In this document: piece by piece, positions 1 through 8,826 of the stretch
Position numbering within the stretch: position 1 is the stretch's first letter
Layout: each line of letters begins with the position of its first letter
Origin: an uncultured beta proteobacterium
GTDB lineage: Bacteria; Pseudomonadota; Gammaproteobacteria; Burkholderiales; Burkholderiaceae_C
DNA: 64,000 nucleotides
Assembly: GCA_963726365.1 (NCBI GenBank)
Contig: CAVSCI010000021.1
Span: 42,136-106,135 of the forward strand
Reading direction: 5' to 3'
Notes under the pieces: generated by a model
What the model was told of the DNA's origin: nothing
What the model saw: only the letters and a program-made list of their open reading frames with translations
Databases searched by the model: none
Translations under genes and position numbers: made by a program

Positions 1-1098
1 CACCGCATTCTGGTGAAGGAGGGGGACGAAGTGCTGGGCATCCTGAGCCAGCTGGACCTGATGGGCTTTGTGTCCAACCAATCCCACCTGATTGCGCTTC
101 AGGTCCAGCAGGCCACGACCGTCGACGAGCTCAAGGCGGCCATGGCGCAACAGGAGGGGCTGGTAGCCGTTCTGCACCGGGGCGGGATGCGCATCGAGAT
201 CATTGCCGGGCTGGTCAGCGAGCTCAACTCGCAGGTTTTCGCTCGGCTCTGGGCGTTTGTCGCACCGGCTGATCTGGTGCGCAACAGCTGCCTGATCGTG
301 ATGGGCAGCGAAGGCCGCGGCGAGCAGATTCTCAAGACCGACCAGGACAATGCCCTGTTGCTGCGCGACGGATACGCGCACCATGATCTGGCTGGCGTGA
401 CGCAGCGATTCAGCGAGGCGTTGCTGTCCTTCGGTTATCCGGTGTGTCCAGGGCACATCATGGTGACGAACCCTTTGTGGTGCCAGCCCTTGGCCTCTTT
501 CAAGGACGCCATCAGGGAGTGGTTGTACGGGCCGGGGGTTGATGGCCCGATGAATTTCGCCATTTTCATGGACGCCCGCGCGGTGACTGGCGATGCATCT
601 CTGTTGCGCGAGGCCAGAGATTACGCGGCGCGCATTCTGACCGGGAGCGACGCATTCTTCTCGCGCTTTGCCAGTGCGGTCGACCAGTTCAGCGCAACGT
701 CTGGCGGATGGTGGAGCCGGCTGACGGCGCTGCGGGGTCGCGACGAGCAGGTGTTCGACCTGAAGAAGCTGGGCACTTTCCCGATCGTGCACGGCGTGCG
801 CGCCCTCGCGCTGGAGCATCGCCTGGACGCGTTGGGCACCGTTGACCGCCTCCAGAAACTGGCGGAGCGGCAGGCCGTGTCACAGGACCTCGTCCGCGAC
901 CTGGTCGAGGCGCTGCACTTCCTGATGACGCTCAAGCTGCGCAACAACCTGCGACAACTGCAGCTGGGTCAGCCGGTCGACAACCTGGTGGCGTTGTCGA
1001 GCCTGGGGTCGCTCGATCGCGACCGCCTGAAGGACTCGCTGGTCATCATCAAGCGCTTCCGGCAACATCTGGGCCTGCACTTCAAGCTGGAGGGCTGA
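1..1098 (+). CDS. CBS-domain / DUF294-type putative nucleotidyltransferase signalling protein, C-terminal part (5' end lies outside the window)
   Basis: The frame is open from nt 1 (listed ORF 13..1098). It contains GSEGRGEQILKTDQDNALLL, the GS...DxD nucleotidyltransferase core typical of DUF294 proteins. It is a clear paralogue of the full-length protein at 12013..13926 (GSEGRDEQTIATDQDNALIL). Confidence 0.85.
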   Translation, partial: HRILVKEGDEVLGILSQLDLMGFVSNQSHLIALQVQQATTVDELKAAMAQQEGLVAVLHRGGMRIEIIAGLVSELNSQVFARLWAFVAPADLVRNSCLIVMGSEGRGEQILKTDQDNALLLRDGYAHHDLAGVTQRFSEALLSFGYPVCPGHIMVTNPLWCQPLASFKDAIREWLYGPGVDGPMNFAIFMDARAVTGDASLLREARDYAARILTGSDAFFSRFASAVDQFSATSGGWWSRLTALRGRDEQVFDLKKLGTFPIVHGVRALALEHRLDALGTVDRLQKLAERQAVSQDLVRDLVEALHFLMTLKLRNNLRQLQLGQPVDNLVALSSLGSLDRDRLKDSLVIIKRFRQHLGLHFKLEG

Positions 1099-1104
1099 TA
1101 CAAC

Positions 1105-1365
1105 ATGGCAAGCGATGAAGTCACAGCGCCGGACCCCCCGCCCATTTCCACGACGGGGCGCGTGGCGTCCAGACGCATTCTGGAGGGACAACGCCTGCTC
1201 GCGGTGTTCTCGGCGGGTGTGCTCTTGCTTAATTTTCCGCTCTTGGCCCTGTGGGATGGTCGGGCCACCGTGATGGGCATCCCCGCCTTTCCGGTTGCGC
1301 TCTTCGGCGTGTGGGCCCTTGTGATCGGTCTGGTGGGCTGGATGGCGGACCGCAGGGAACCGTAG
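1105..1365 (+). CDS. small two-helix membrane protein, probably translationally coupled to the downstream symporter-domain sensor kinase
   Basis: 86-aa ORF with two hydrophobic stretches (LLAVFSAGVLLLNFPLLALW; FPVALFGVWALVIGLVGW). Its stop (TAG 1363-1365) lies 2 nt before the GTG at 1368 that I take as the kinase start. No family recognised with certainty. Confidence 0.5.
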   Translation: MASDEVTAPDPPPISTTGRVASRRILEGQRLLAVFSAGVLLLNFPLLALWDGRATVMGIPAFPVALFGVWALVIGLVGWMADRREP

Positions 1366-1367
1366 AC

Positions 1368-4091
1368 GTGTCACCCCAGCTGGTCGTCGGAATTTCATTT
1401 GCCTACCTGGCCCTGCTTTTTGCCGTGGCCAGCTACGGCGACTGGCGCGCGGCCCGTGGACGCTCCATCGTCGGCAACGCCTGGGTCTATGCGCTTTCCA
1501 TGGCGGTGTACTGCACGGCGTGGACCTATTTTGGCAGCGTCGGGCGGGCCGCGTCATCAGGGGTGTGGTTCCTTCCGATCTACCTGGGGCCGACGCTGGC
1601 CATGGCCCTGGCGTGGCTGGTCCTGCGCAAGATGATCCGGATCTCCCGAAACAACCGCATCACCTCCATCGCCGACTTCATCGGCAGTCGTTATGGCAAG
1701 AGCCCGATGCTGGCGGGCCTGGTGACGCTGATCACCGTCGTCGGCATCGTGCCCTATATCGCCCTGCAGCTCAAGGCCGTCTCGGGAGGCTACGCCCTGC
1801 TGACCACGCCGCTCGGTGAGTCGCTGGCACGCCAGGGGGGCTGGTGGGGCGACAGCACGCTGTATTTCGCGCTGACGCTGGCTGGATTCACCATCGTGTT
1901 CGGCGCCAGGCATCTCGATGCCTCCGAGCGTCATGAAGGCATGGTTGCGGCGATCGCCTTCGAGTCCATCGTCAAGCTGCTTGCGTTTCTGGCGGTTGGC
2001 CTGTTCGTGACCTATGGGCTGTTCAATGGGCTGGAGGACATCTTCACCCGCGCGCGGGCGGTGCCATCGCTGGCCGGGCTGGTCCATGCCGGCGCCGGCG
2101 GGAGCTTTGCCTGGGGACAGTGGTTCGCGCTGTTGTTGCTGTCGATGCTCTCGGTCATTTTCCTGCCACGCCAGTTCCAGGTCATGGTGGTTGAAAACGT
2201 CGACGAGCAGCATCTGCGCAGGGCGGCATGGGTGTTTCCGCTGTATCTCTGGCTGATCAACCTGTTCGTGCTTCCCATCGCCCTGGGCGGCCTGTTGATT
2301 TTCGGCGCGGGCCAAATGGACCCCGAAGGTTTTGTGTTGTCCCTGCCACTGGCCCATGGCCAGCCGCTGCTGGCGCTGCTGGCCTTTGTCGGGGGCTTGT
2401 CGGCCGCCACGGGCATGGTGATCGTCGAAACGATTGCGGTCGCCAGCATGGTCTGCAATGACCTGGTCATGCCCTTGCTGTTGCGCTCCCGGCGCGCGGG
2501 GCTTCATGCGGCGGGGGACCTGACGCAGCTGATTCTGGGCATTCGGCGGGTCGTGATCGTGCTGATCATGTTGCTGGGTTATGCGTATTTCCATCTGGCC
2601 GGCGAGGCCTATGCGCTGGTCAGCATCGGCCTGATCAGCTTCGCTGCCGTGGCCCAGTTTGCGCCCGCCATGCTGGGGGGCATGTACTGGAAGGGCGCAA
2701 CCCGGCAAGGTGCCATGGCGGGCCTTTTGCTCGGTTTCGGCCTATGGGCCTATACCCTGATGCTCCCGTCGGTAGCCAAGTCGGGCTGGCTGTCTCCGGG
2801 CTTCCTCTCCGGGGGGCCCTGGGGCATTGCCCTGCTCAAGCCGGAGCAGCTGCTGGGACTCTCGGGGCTGGACAATCTGACGCACTCCCTTTTCTGGAGT
2901 CTTCTGGCGAATGTGGGCGCCTACGTTCTGGTCTCCTTGTGGCGCACGCCCTCGGCCGCGGAGACCAGCCAGGCACTGCTGTTCGTGGATGTGTTCGAGC
3001 ACACCCGCCAGGCGGACCCGGTGTTCTGGCGCGGTCGTGCGCGAGTGCAGGACCTCCGGTTGCTGGCGGCGCGATTTCTCGGCGAAGCGAAGGCGAATCG
3101 CTTGTTCGATGACTATGCGAGGGCGACAGGCGTGGCTGACGTCACCCGAATTGAGCCAGACGCGAGGCTGGTACGGTTTGTCGAGACGCAGCTGACCGGC
3201 GCCATTGGCACTGCTTCGGCGCGGGTGATGGTGGCCTCTGTGGTCGAGGAGGAAGCGCTGGCTCTCGACGACGTCTTGCAGATACTCGACGAGACATCCC
3301 GGCTGCGCGCGCATTCAGCCGAGCTGGAGGAGAAGTCGAAGTCCCTGGAGCAGGCCACGCGCGATTTGCGTGCGGCCAACGAGCAGCTCAAGAGCCTGGA
3401 CCGGCTCAAGGATGATTTCATGTCCTCGGTCACCCACGAGCTGCGAACGCCACTGACATCAATCCGGGCCCTGTCCGAGATGATGGCCGAGGATCCGGAC
3501 ATGCCGGCGGAGCAGCGCCAGCAGTTCCTGGGCATCGTCGTGGCGGAAACCGAAAGGCTCAGCCGCCTGGTGAACCAGGTCCTGGACATGGCCAAGATCG
3601 AGTCGGGGCATGCCGAGTGGCGCAACGCCGACGTCGACATGGGTCAGCTGCTGGCCCAGTCGGTCCAGACCACGTCAGAGATGTTCCGGGAACGCGGCGC
3701 CAGCGTCCAGCTCCGGGTGCCCGAGTCGCCGGTGATCCTGCGGGCGGACCCCGACCGGTTGACACAGGTCATGCTCAACCTGTTGTCGAATGCGGCAAAA
3801 TTTGTTCCGGCAGTTGCCGGGCGCGTCGAGGTGGTCTTGACCACCGATGCGCAGGGGTTGACCGTGGCGGTCAGTGACAACGGGCCCGGCGTACCTTTGC
3901 AGCAACAGGCCCTGATTTTTGAAAAGTTCCGCCAGGGCGGAGACGAGTCCCATCGCCCGCAGGGCACTGGCCTGGGCTTGCCCATCAGCCGGCAAATCGT
4001 GGAACACTTCGGGGGGCGGATGTGGATCGATTCCGTGCCAGGCCAGGGTGCACGGTTTGCCTTCCATCTGCCGCGGGCGGGTGGCGCCTGA
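1368..4091 (+). CDS. sensor histidine kinase with N-terminal sodium:solute-symporter-family (SSS) membrane domain (CbrA/CrbS-type architecture), no receiver domain
   Basis: About 500 aa of multi-TM sequence resembling SSS transporters, then a coiled coil. Kinase motifs are an H-box SSVTHELRTPLTSIRAL, an N-box LLSNAAKF, and DNGPGV and GTGLGL boxes. The ORF is open from 1251; GTG 1368 was chosen because the upstream part overlaps the small ORF. Confidence 0.85.
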   Translation: MSPQLVVGISFAYLALLFAVASYGDWRAARGRSIVGNAWVYALSMAVYCTAWTYFGSVGRAASSGVWFLPIYLGPTLAMALAWLVLRKMIRISRNNRITSIADFIGSRYGKSPMLAGLVTLITVVGIVPYIALQLKAVSGGYALLTTPLGESLARQGGWWGDSTLYFALTLAGFTIVFGARHLDASERHEGMVAAIAFESIVKLLAFLAVGLFVTYGLFNGLEDIFTRARAVPSLAGLVHAGAGGSFAWGQWFALLLLSMLSVIFLPRQFQVMVVENVDEQHLRRAAWVFPLYLWLINLFVLPIALGGLLIFGAGQMDPEGFVLSLPLAHGQPLLALLAFVGGLSAATGMVIVETIAVASMVCNDLVMPLLLRSRRAGLHAAGDLTQLILGIRRVVIVLIMLLGYAYFHLAGEAYALVSIGLISFAAVAQFAPAMLGGMYWKGATRQGAMAGLLLGFGLWAYTLMLPSVAKSGWLSPGFLSGGPWGIALLKPEQLLGLSGLDNLTHSLFWSLLANVGAYVLVSLWRTPSAAETSQALLFVDVFEHTRQADPVFWRGRARVQDLRLLAARFLGEAKANRLFDDYARATGVADVTRIEPDARLVRFVETQLTGAIGTASARVMVASVVEEEALALDDVLQILDETSRLRAHSAELEEKSKSLEQATRDLRAANEQLKSLDRLKDDFMSSVTHELRTPLTSIRALSEMMAEDPDMPAEQRQQFLGIVVAETERLSRLVNQVLDMAKIESGHAEWRNADVDMGQLLAQSVQTTSEMFRERGASVQLRVPESPVILRADPDRLTQVMLNLLSNAAKFVPAVAGRVEVVLTTDAQGLTVAVSDNGPGVPLQQQALIFEKFRQGGDESHRPQGTGLGLPISRQIVEHFGGRMWIDSVPGQGARFAFHLPRAGGA

Positions 4092-4128
4092 CATCAAGAG
4101 GGTCCATTGAGCCCCAAGGAGACAGACC

Positions 4129-4503
4129 ATGACACACAAGGTATTGATCGCAGACGACGAGCCCAACATCCTGATTTCGCTGGAGTACCTCATGAAGCGG
4201 GAGGGGTACGAGGTGAGCGTTGCCCGGGATGGCCAGGAAGCCATCGATGCGATCCTGCGTGAGCGACCGGACCTCGTGCTTCTGGACGTGATGATGCCTG
4301 TGAAGACCGGGTACGAGGTGTGCCACGAAGTGCGCGCGATCGAATCGGTCAAGGACACCTTGATCCTCATGCTCACCGCCAAGGGCCGGGAGACCGATCT
4401 GGCCAAAGGCCTGGCGCTCGGGGCCAACGCTTACATGACCAAGCCGTTTTCGACCAAAGAGCTGGTCAGCCGGGTGCGCGCGATGCTGGAGCCCGCGCAA
4501 TGA
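4129..4503 (+). CDS. single-domain response regulator (CheY-like receiver only)
   Basis: 124 aa with receiver signatures: DDEPNI, LVLLDVMMP (phospho-acceptor Asp context), LTAKG, YMTKPFS. AAGGAGA RBS upstream of ATG 4129. Confidence 0.9.
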   Translation: MTHKVLIADDEPNILISLEYLMKREGYEVSVARDGQEAIDAILRERPDLVLLDVMMPVKTGYEVCHEVRAIESVKDTLILMLTAKGRETDLAKGLALGANAYMTKPFSTKELVSRVRAMLEPAQ

Positions 4504-6669
4504 AGCTGGACCGGCGGCTGCTTCTGGCCATCCTGCTGCCTGGCCTGGTCTTGCTGGTCTGGACCGGGACGGCGTTGCTGCTGGTCGGCGCCACCCTCGA
4601 TTCGAATGAGCGGGAGAGTCTTGTCGCATTGCTGGAATCCCGCGTGGCGCTGGTGCTGATGCTGGGGCTCGTGCTGGCGGGCGGGCTGGGCTATGCCGGG
4701 AGTCGCCTTTATCAGGACCGTGTGGAGGCGCCGGCGCGTTTGCTGGAAGAGACCCGGATCGTGCTGTCCGGTGGCGTGCAGCGGGAGGTCGGCGCGCATG
4801 GCAGTCCGGAAAATCAGGGACTCGCCCGGGCCGTCAATGACATCGTTGCCCAGCGGCTTCAGTTGCAGCAGGACGTCGAGGCGCGCGTGCGCGAGGCCAG
4901 TCAGCGTATCGAGCAGGAGCGCAGCCGGCTTGCGGCGCTCATGTCCGAGTTGACGCAAAGTGTGGTGGTCTGCGCCCTGGATGGTCGCGTCATCCTTTAC
5001 AACAATCGAGCCCGCCTGCAATTCCGCGCCCTGTCCGAAGCGCCGGGTGTGACCGGCGGGGCTGAACTGATCGGGCTCGGCCGTTCGATTTACACGGTGT
5101 TTGACCGCAAGCTCATTGCGCACGCGCTGGAAAGCGTGCAGCAGCGCCTGCAACGCGGAGCCGCCAGCCCGTCGGCGCAGTTCGTGACGACCACCCGTGC
5201 GGGTCAACTGCTGCGGGTCCAGATGGCGCCGGTCCGGTCCTCCGCACCGGACGACGGGTCTGCCCAGGCACTCAACGGCTTCGTGCTCATGCTCGACAAC
5301 ATCACCCGCGAACTCGAGGACGAAAGCGCGCGCGACCGCCTGCTTCACGGACTGACCGAGCGCAGCCGATCCTCGCTGGCCAACATGCAGGCCGCGCTCG
5401 ACATGCTGGAGTTTCCGGATCTGGACGCCGTGATGCGGGACCGCTTTATCGGCGTGATCAGGGACGAGACCGGCGCCATGAGCCGTCGCATCCAGGACCT
5501 GGCCGCCAGTTCAACCGAAGGGCTCAAGACCCGCTGGCCCATGGAAGACATGCTGGGCAGCGACCTCGTGGCCGCGGCCTTGCGACGGATCGAGCAGGCG
5601 CACCAGCTGTCGGGAAGCGCCGCGGAAGTGGACCCGTCGCTCTGGCTCAGGGTGGACAGCTTTTCACTCCTGCAGGTGCTGGTTTACCTGACCGGCCGTC
5701 TGGTGGATGAGTTCGATGTGCGCCATTTCGAGCTTCGTCTGGTCGCCGCTGGCGAACATGCCCATCTGGATCTGGTCTGGTCGGGGCAGGTCATGAGCAC
5801 GGAAACCGTCATGAGCTGGGAGATGGACCCGATGCGGGTCGGGCGAGGAAACCACGCCATTGACGGTGCGTGACGTGGTGGAGCGCCATGCCGGCGCGTT
5901 CTGGTTTGAGCGTGAGCGCGTGCGTCATCAGGCGCTCTTCCGTTTCCTGCTGCCGCTGGCCAACGCCCAGGAGCAGATGGATGCCGCTGCCCTGATGCAC
6001 GGCGACAGCCGCCCGGAGTATTACGATTTTGACTTGTTCCAGACCAGCGAGCAGGCGCGGGAACTGGCGGATCGCCGCCTGGTCGATCTGTCCTATACCG
6101 TCTTTGACACCGAGACCACGGGCCTGAATCCCTCGGAGGGTGACGAGATCATCCAGATCGGCGCGGTGCGCATTGTCAACGGCAAGCTGCTGCGGCAGGA
6201 GGGCTTCGAGCAGCTGGTGGATCCGGGGCGCGACATCCCGGCCCTGTCGATCCCGATTCATGGGATCCAGCCGGACATGGTGCGAGGCCAGCCGATGATC
6301 GACAAGGTCCTTCCGGCGTTTCATGCCTTCGCCGGGGAGACGGTTCTGGTGGCCCACAATGCCGCGTTCGACATGCGCTTCCTGCAGATGAAAGAAGAGC
6401 AGACCGGGGTGCGCTTCGACCAGCCGGTGCTCGATACCTTGCTGTTGTCCGCGCTGGTGCATCCGAGTCAGGAGTCACACCGGCTGGAGGCGATCGCGGA
6501 ACGCTTCAATGTGACGATCATGGGGCGGCACACGGCGATGGGCGATGCCATGGTGACCGCCGAGGTCTTCCTGCGTCTGCTCCCGCTTCTTGCCGAAAAG
6601 GGCATACACACCCTGGGGCAGGCGCGTGATGCTGCGCAGAAGACGTATTTCGCCCGCATCAAGTACTGA
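4500..6669 (+). pseudogene. membrane sensor with histidine-kinase-like module fused to a DEDDh (DnaQ/RNase T-type) 3'-5' exonuclease; split by one frameshift near 5841-5845
   Basis: The first fragment, 4500..5873, starts at an ATG overlapping the receiver gene's stop. It has two N-terminal TM helices, a coiled coil, and PAS-like and kinase-like regions. The second frame is open from 5815 with only a TTG at 5860. It begins ...TTPLTVRDVVERHAGAFWFERE, which looks like the end of an HATPase domain, followed by the exonuclease motifs VFDTETTGL, AHNAAFDMRFL and HTAMGDA. A domain therefore appears split between the two frames. Confidence 0.7.
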
Positions 6670-6678
6670 AACTGAAGC

Positions 6679-6704
6679 GCGTCACGCAGGGGCTTGCGTG
6701 ACGC
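6679..6704 (+). terminator. candidate stem-loop terminator after the exonuclease gene
   Basis: 10-bp perfect stem GCGTCACGCA / TGCGTGACGC with a 6-nt loop. A TTTT run follows only 8 nt downstream, so this is not a canonical intrinsic terminator. Confidence 0.4.
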
Positions 6705-6761
6705 ACCGACGCTTTTCAGCAAGCCTGTTTTTGCGATACTCGGGCACACAAGGAAACTGCC

Positions 6762-7670
6762 ATGAACCTCCCCTCCAGAGTCAAGCTGGTCGATGTCGGG
6801 CCACGCGATGGTCTGCAGAATGAAAAAGCCCCCGTGCCGGCGGTCGTCAAGATTGAACTTGTGCATCGCCTTCAGGCCGCGGGCCTGAAGGACATCGAGG
6901 TCACGAGTTTCGTCTCGCCGAAATGGGTGCCGCAGATGGCCGATGCTGCCGCCGTGATGGCCGGCATTCAGCGCCAGCCCGGCGTGCGTTATTCAGTGCT
7001 GACGCCGAACATGACCGGTTTCGAGGCGGCGCTGAAATCGAAGCCCGATGAGATCGTGGTCTTCGGTGCAGCCAGCGAGGCGTTCAGCCAGAAGAACATC
7101 AACTGCTCGATCGCCGAGAGCATCGAGCGCTTCGCGCCGGTCGTTGCGGCGGCCCGGGCAGCCGGGATTTTCGTGCGCGGCGCGATGTCATGCACCGTCG
7201 GCTGCCCCTACGAGGGCGAGATCGATCCCGCGCGCGTGGACTATCTGGCCGGCCTCTTGAAAGGCATCGGCGTGCAGCATGTGGGCGTGGCCGACACCAT
7301 CGGCGTGGGCACGCCGCGCAAGGTGCAGCGCGCCGTGGAGGCCACGCTGAGGCACTTCAACATCGATGACGTCTCCGGCCACTTTCACGACACCTACGGC
7401 CAGGCACTGGCCAACACGCTGGCCTGCCTGGAGATGGGCGTGTGGCAGTACGACACCTCGGTGGCCGGACTCGGCGGTTGTCCCTATGCCAAAGGCGCGA
7501 CAGGCAACGTGGCATCGGAAGATGTGGTGTACCTGATGCATGGCATGGGCATCGAGACCGGCATTGACCTCGACCAGTTGGTGGATGCGGGGGCCTACAT
7601 CAGCGACTTCCTGCAGCGCAAGCCCAACTCGCGCGCGGCCACCGCGATCCTGAACAAGCGGGCCGGGTGA
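6762..7670 (+). CDS. hydroxymethylglutaryl-CoA lyase
   Basis: 302 aa. The N-terminus VKLVDVGPRDGLQNE and later GHFHDTYGQALAN and GLGGCPYAKGATGNV are hallmark HMG-CoA lyase motifs. Confidence 0.9.
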   Translation: MNLPSRVKLVDVGPRDGLQNEKAPVPAVVKIELVHRLQAAGLKDIEVTSFVSPKWVPQMADAAAVMAGIQRQPGVRYSVLTPNMTGFEAALKSKPDEIVVFGAASEAFSQKNINCSIAESIERFAPVVAAARAAGIFVRGAMSCTVGCPYEGEIDPARVDYLAGLLKGIGVQHVGVADTIGVGTPRKVQRAVEATLRHFNIDDVSGHFHDTYGQALANTLACLEMGVWQYDTSVAGLGGCPYAKGATGNVASEDVVYLMHGMGIETGIDLDQLVDAGAYISDFLQRKPNSRAATAILNKRAG

Positions 7671-8176
7671 TGTGCGGCGCCGAGCTGAAGACGCTGCCGG
7701 AGAGTGTGCAACGGGTGGCCATCGCCCTGCAAGCGGCGGGGCACCCGCACGGACCCTTGATGCTCGATGATGCTGCCCGCACGGCCCAACAGGCCGCCGA
7801 TGCGCTCGGGGTCAGTGTCGGTCAGATTGCCAAGAGCATCATCTTCCGCCGCAAGGACGACGACCGGGCGGTCCTGGTGATCACCTCGGGTGACCGGCGC
7901 GTGGACGAGAAAAAAGTTGAGGCGCTGGTCGGCAAGGTCGGGCGGGCGGATGCGGACTTTGTCCGTGCAAAGACCGGCTATGCGATTGGCGGCGTTTCGC
8001 CGGTTGGCCATGCCATCGAGCCGGTGACGCTGATCGACCGTGAACTGTTCCGGTTTGAGGAAATCTGGGCGGCTGCCGGGCATCCACACGGCGTTTTCAG
8101 GCTGCGGCCGCAAGACCTGGTGTTTTTGACCGGCGCACCAGTGGCCGACATTGATCAGCCTGTATCGGGTCCTTGA
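7667..8176 (+). CDS. YbaK/EbsC-family aminoacyl-tRNA deacylase domain protein
   Basis: 169 aa with IAKSIIFR and YAIGGVSPVGH motifs typical of YbaK/ProX editing domains. The start overlaps the upstream stop (GTGATG). Confidence 0.7.
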   Translation: MMCGAELKTLPESVQRVAIALQAAGHPHGPLMLDDAARTAQQAADALGVSVGQIAKSIIFRRKDDDRAVLVITSGDRRVDEKKVEALVGKVGRADADFVRAKTGYAIGGVSPVGHAIEPVTLIDRELFRFEEIWAAAGHPHGVFRLRPQDLVFLTGAPVADIDQPVSGP

Positions 8177-8185
8177 CGCCCCGTG

Positions 8186-8731
8186 CTAGCGGGACGGCGA
8201 CTTGCGCGCCGCCCAGTCACGCAGTGCATCCAGCGTTTTCTGGACATGTTTGTCCGGGTTGAGGCTGGTGTACTGGTAGGCCACGGTGCTGTTCGGTGCA
8301 ATGAGGTAGGTGACGCGGTTCGCGTACTCCGGACGCAGCGTCAGCACCGCGTCGTAGGCCTTCATGACTTTCTGGTCGGGATCTGCGGCGACGGCGAACT
8401 TGCCGCGGCAGGCAGCGACTGAAAAACGCTTCTGGGCCTCGATCTCGTCGCGCGAGACACCGACCACGGTGGCGCCCAGCGCCTTGAACTGGTCAATGGC
8501 ATCGGCGAAACTGTGGGCCTCCAGGCTGCAACCCTCTGAAAAGGACGCCGGGAAGAAATACAGCACCACAGGCCCTTTCTTCAGTTCTTTCTGGAGGGAG
8601 AACTCGAACACCTCGCCGCCCAGCGCTGCGGTTGCGGTAAAGTCCGGCGCGGTATCGCCCAGATCGAGAGCAGCTTGCGCGGTGCCACTGGCGAGCGCCA
8701 GCAGCAGGGTCAAATGCTTCAGGAGCTTCAT
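8186..8731 (-). CDS. secreted peroxiredoxin (AhpC/TSA-Bcp type)
   Basis: Start taken at MKLLKHLTLLLALASGTAQA (signal peptide). Peroxiredoxin core PVVLYFFPASFSEGCSLEAHSF. The longer listed ORF (to 8863) adds an Arg/Thr-rich non-protein-like extension. Confidence 0.8.
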   Translation of the reverse strand: MKLLKHLTLLLALASGTAQAALDLGDTAPDFTATAALGGEVFEFSLQKELKKGPVVLYFFPASFSEGCSLEAHSFADAIDQFKALGATVVGVSRDEIEAQKRFSVAACRGKFAVAADPDQKVMKAYDAVLTLRPEYANRVTYLIAPNSTVAYQYTSLNPDKHVQKTLDALRDWAARKSPSR

Positions 8732-8826
8732 GCATGGCACTCGCATTCTCGGGGTGGTGGTTTGTCGGTGTAAACGGTCAAAGGCCGATGGTGTCGCTCG
8801 CCCGAATCGCCGGTGGGTCAAATGAT

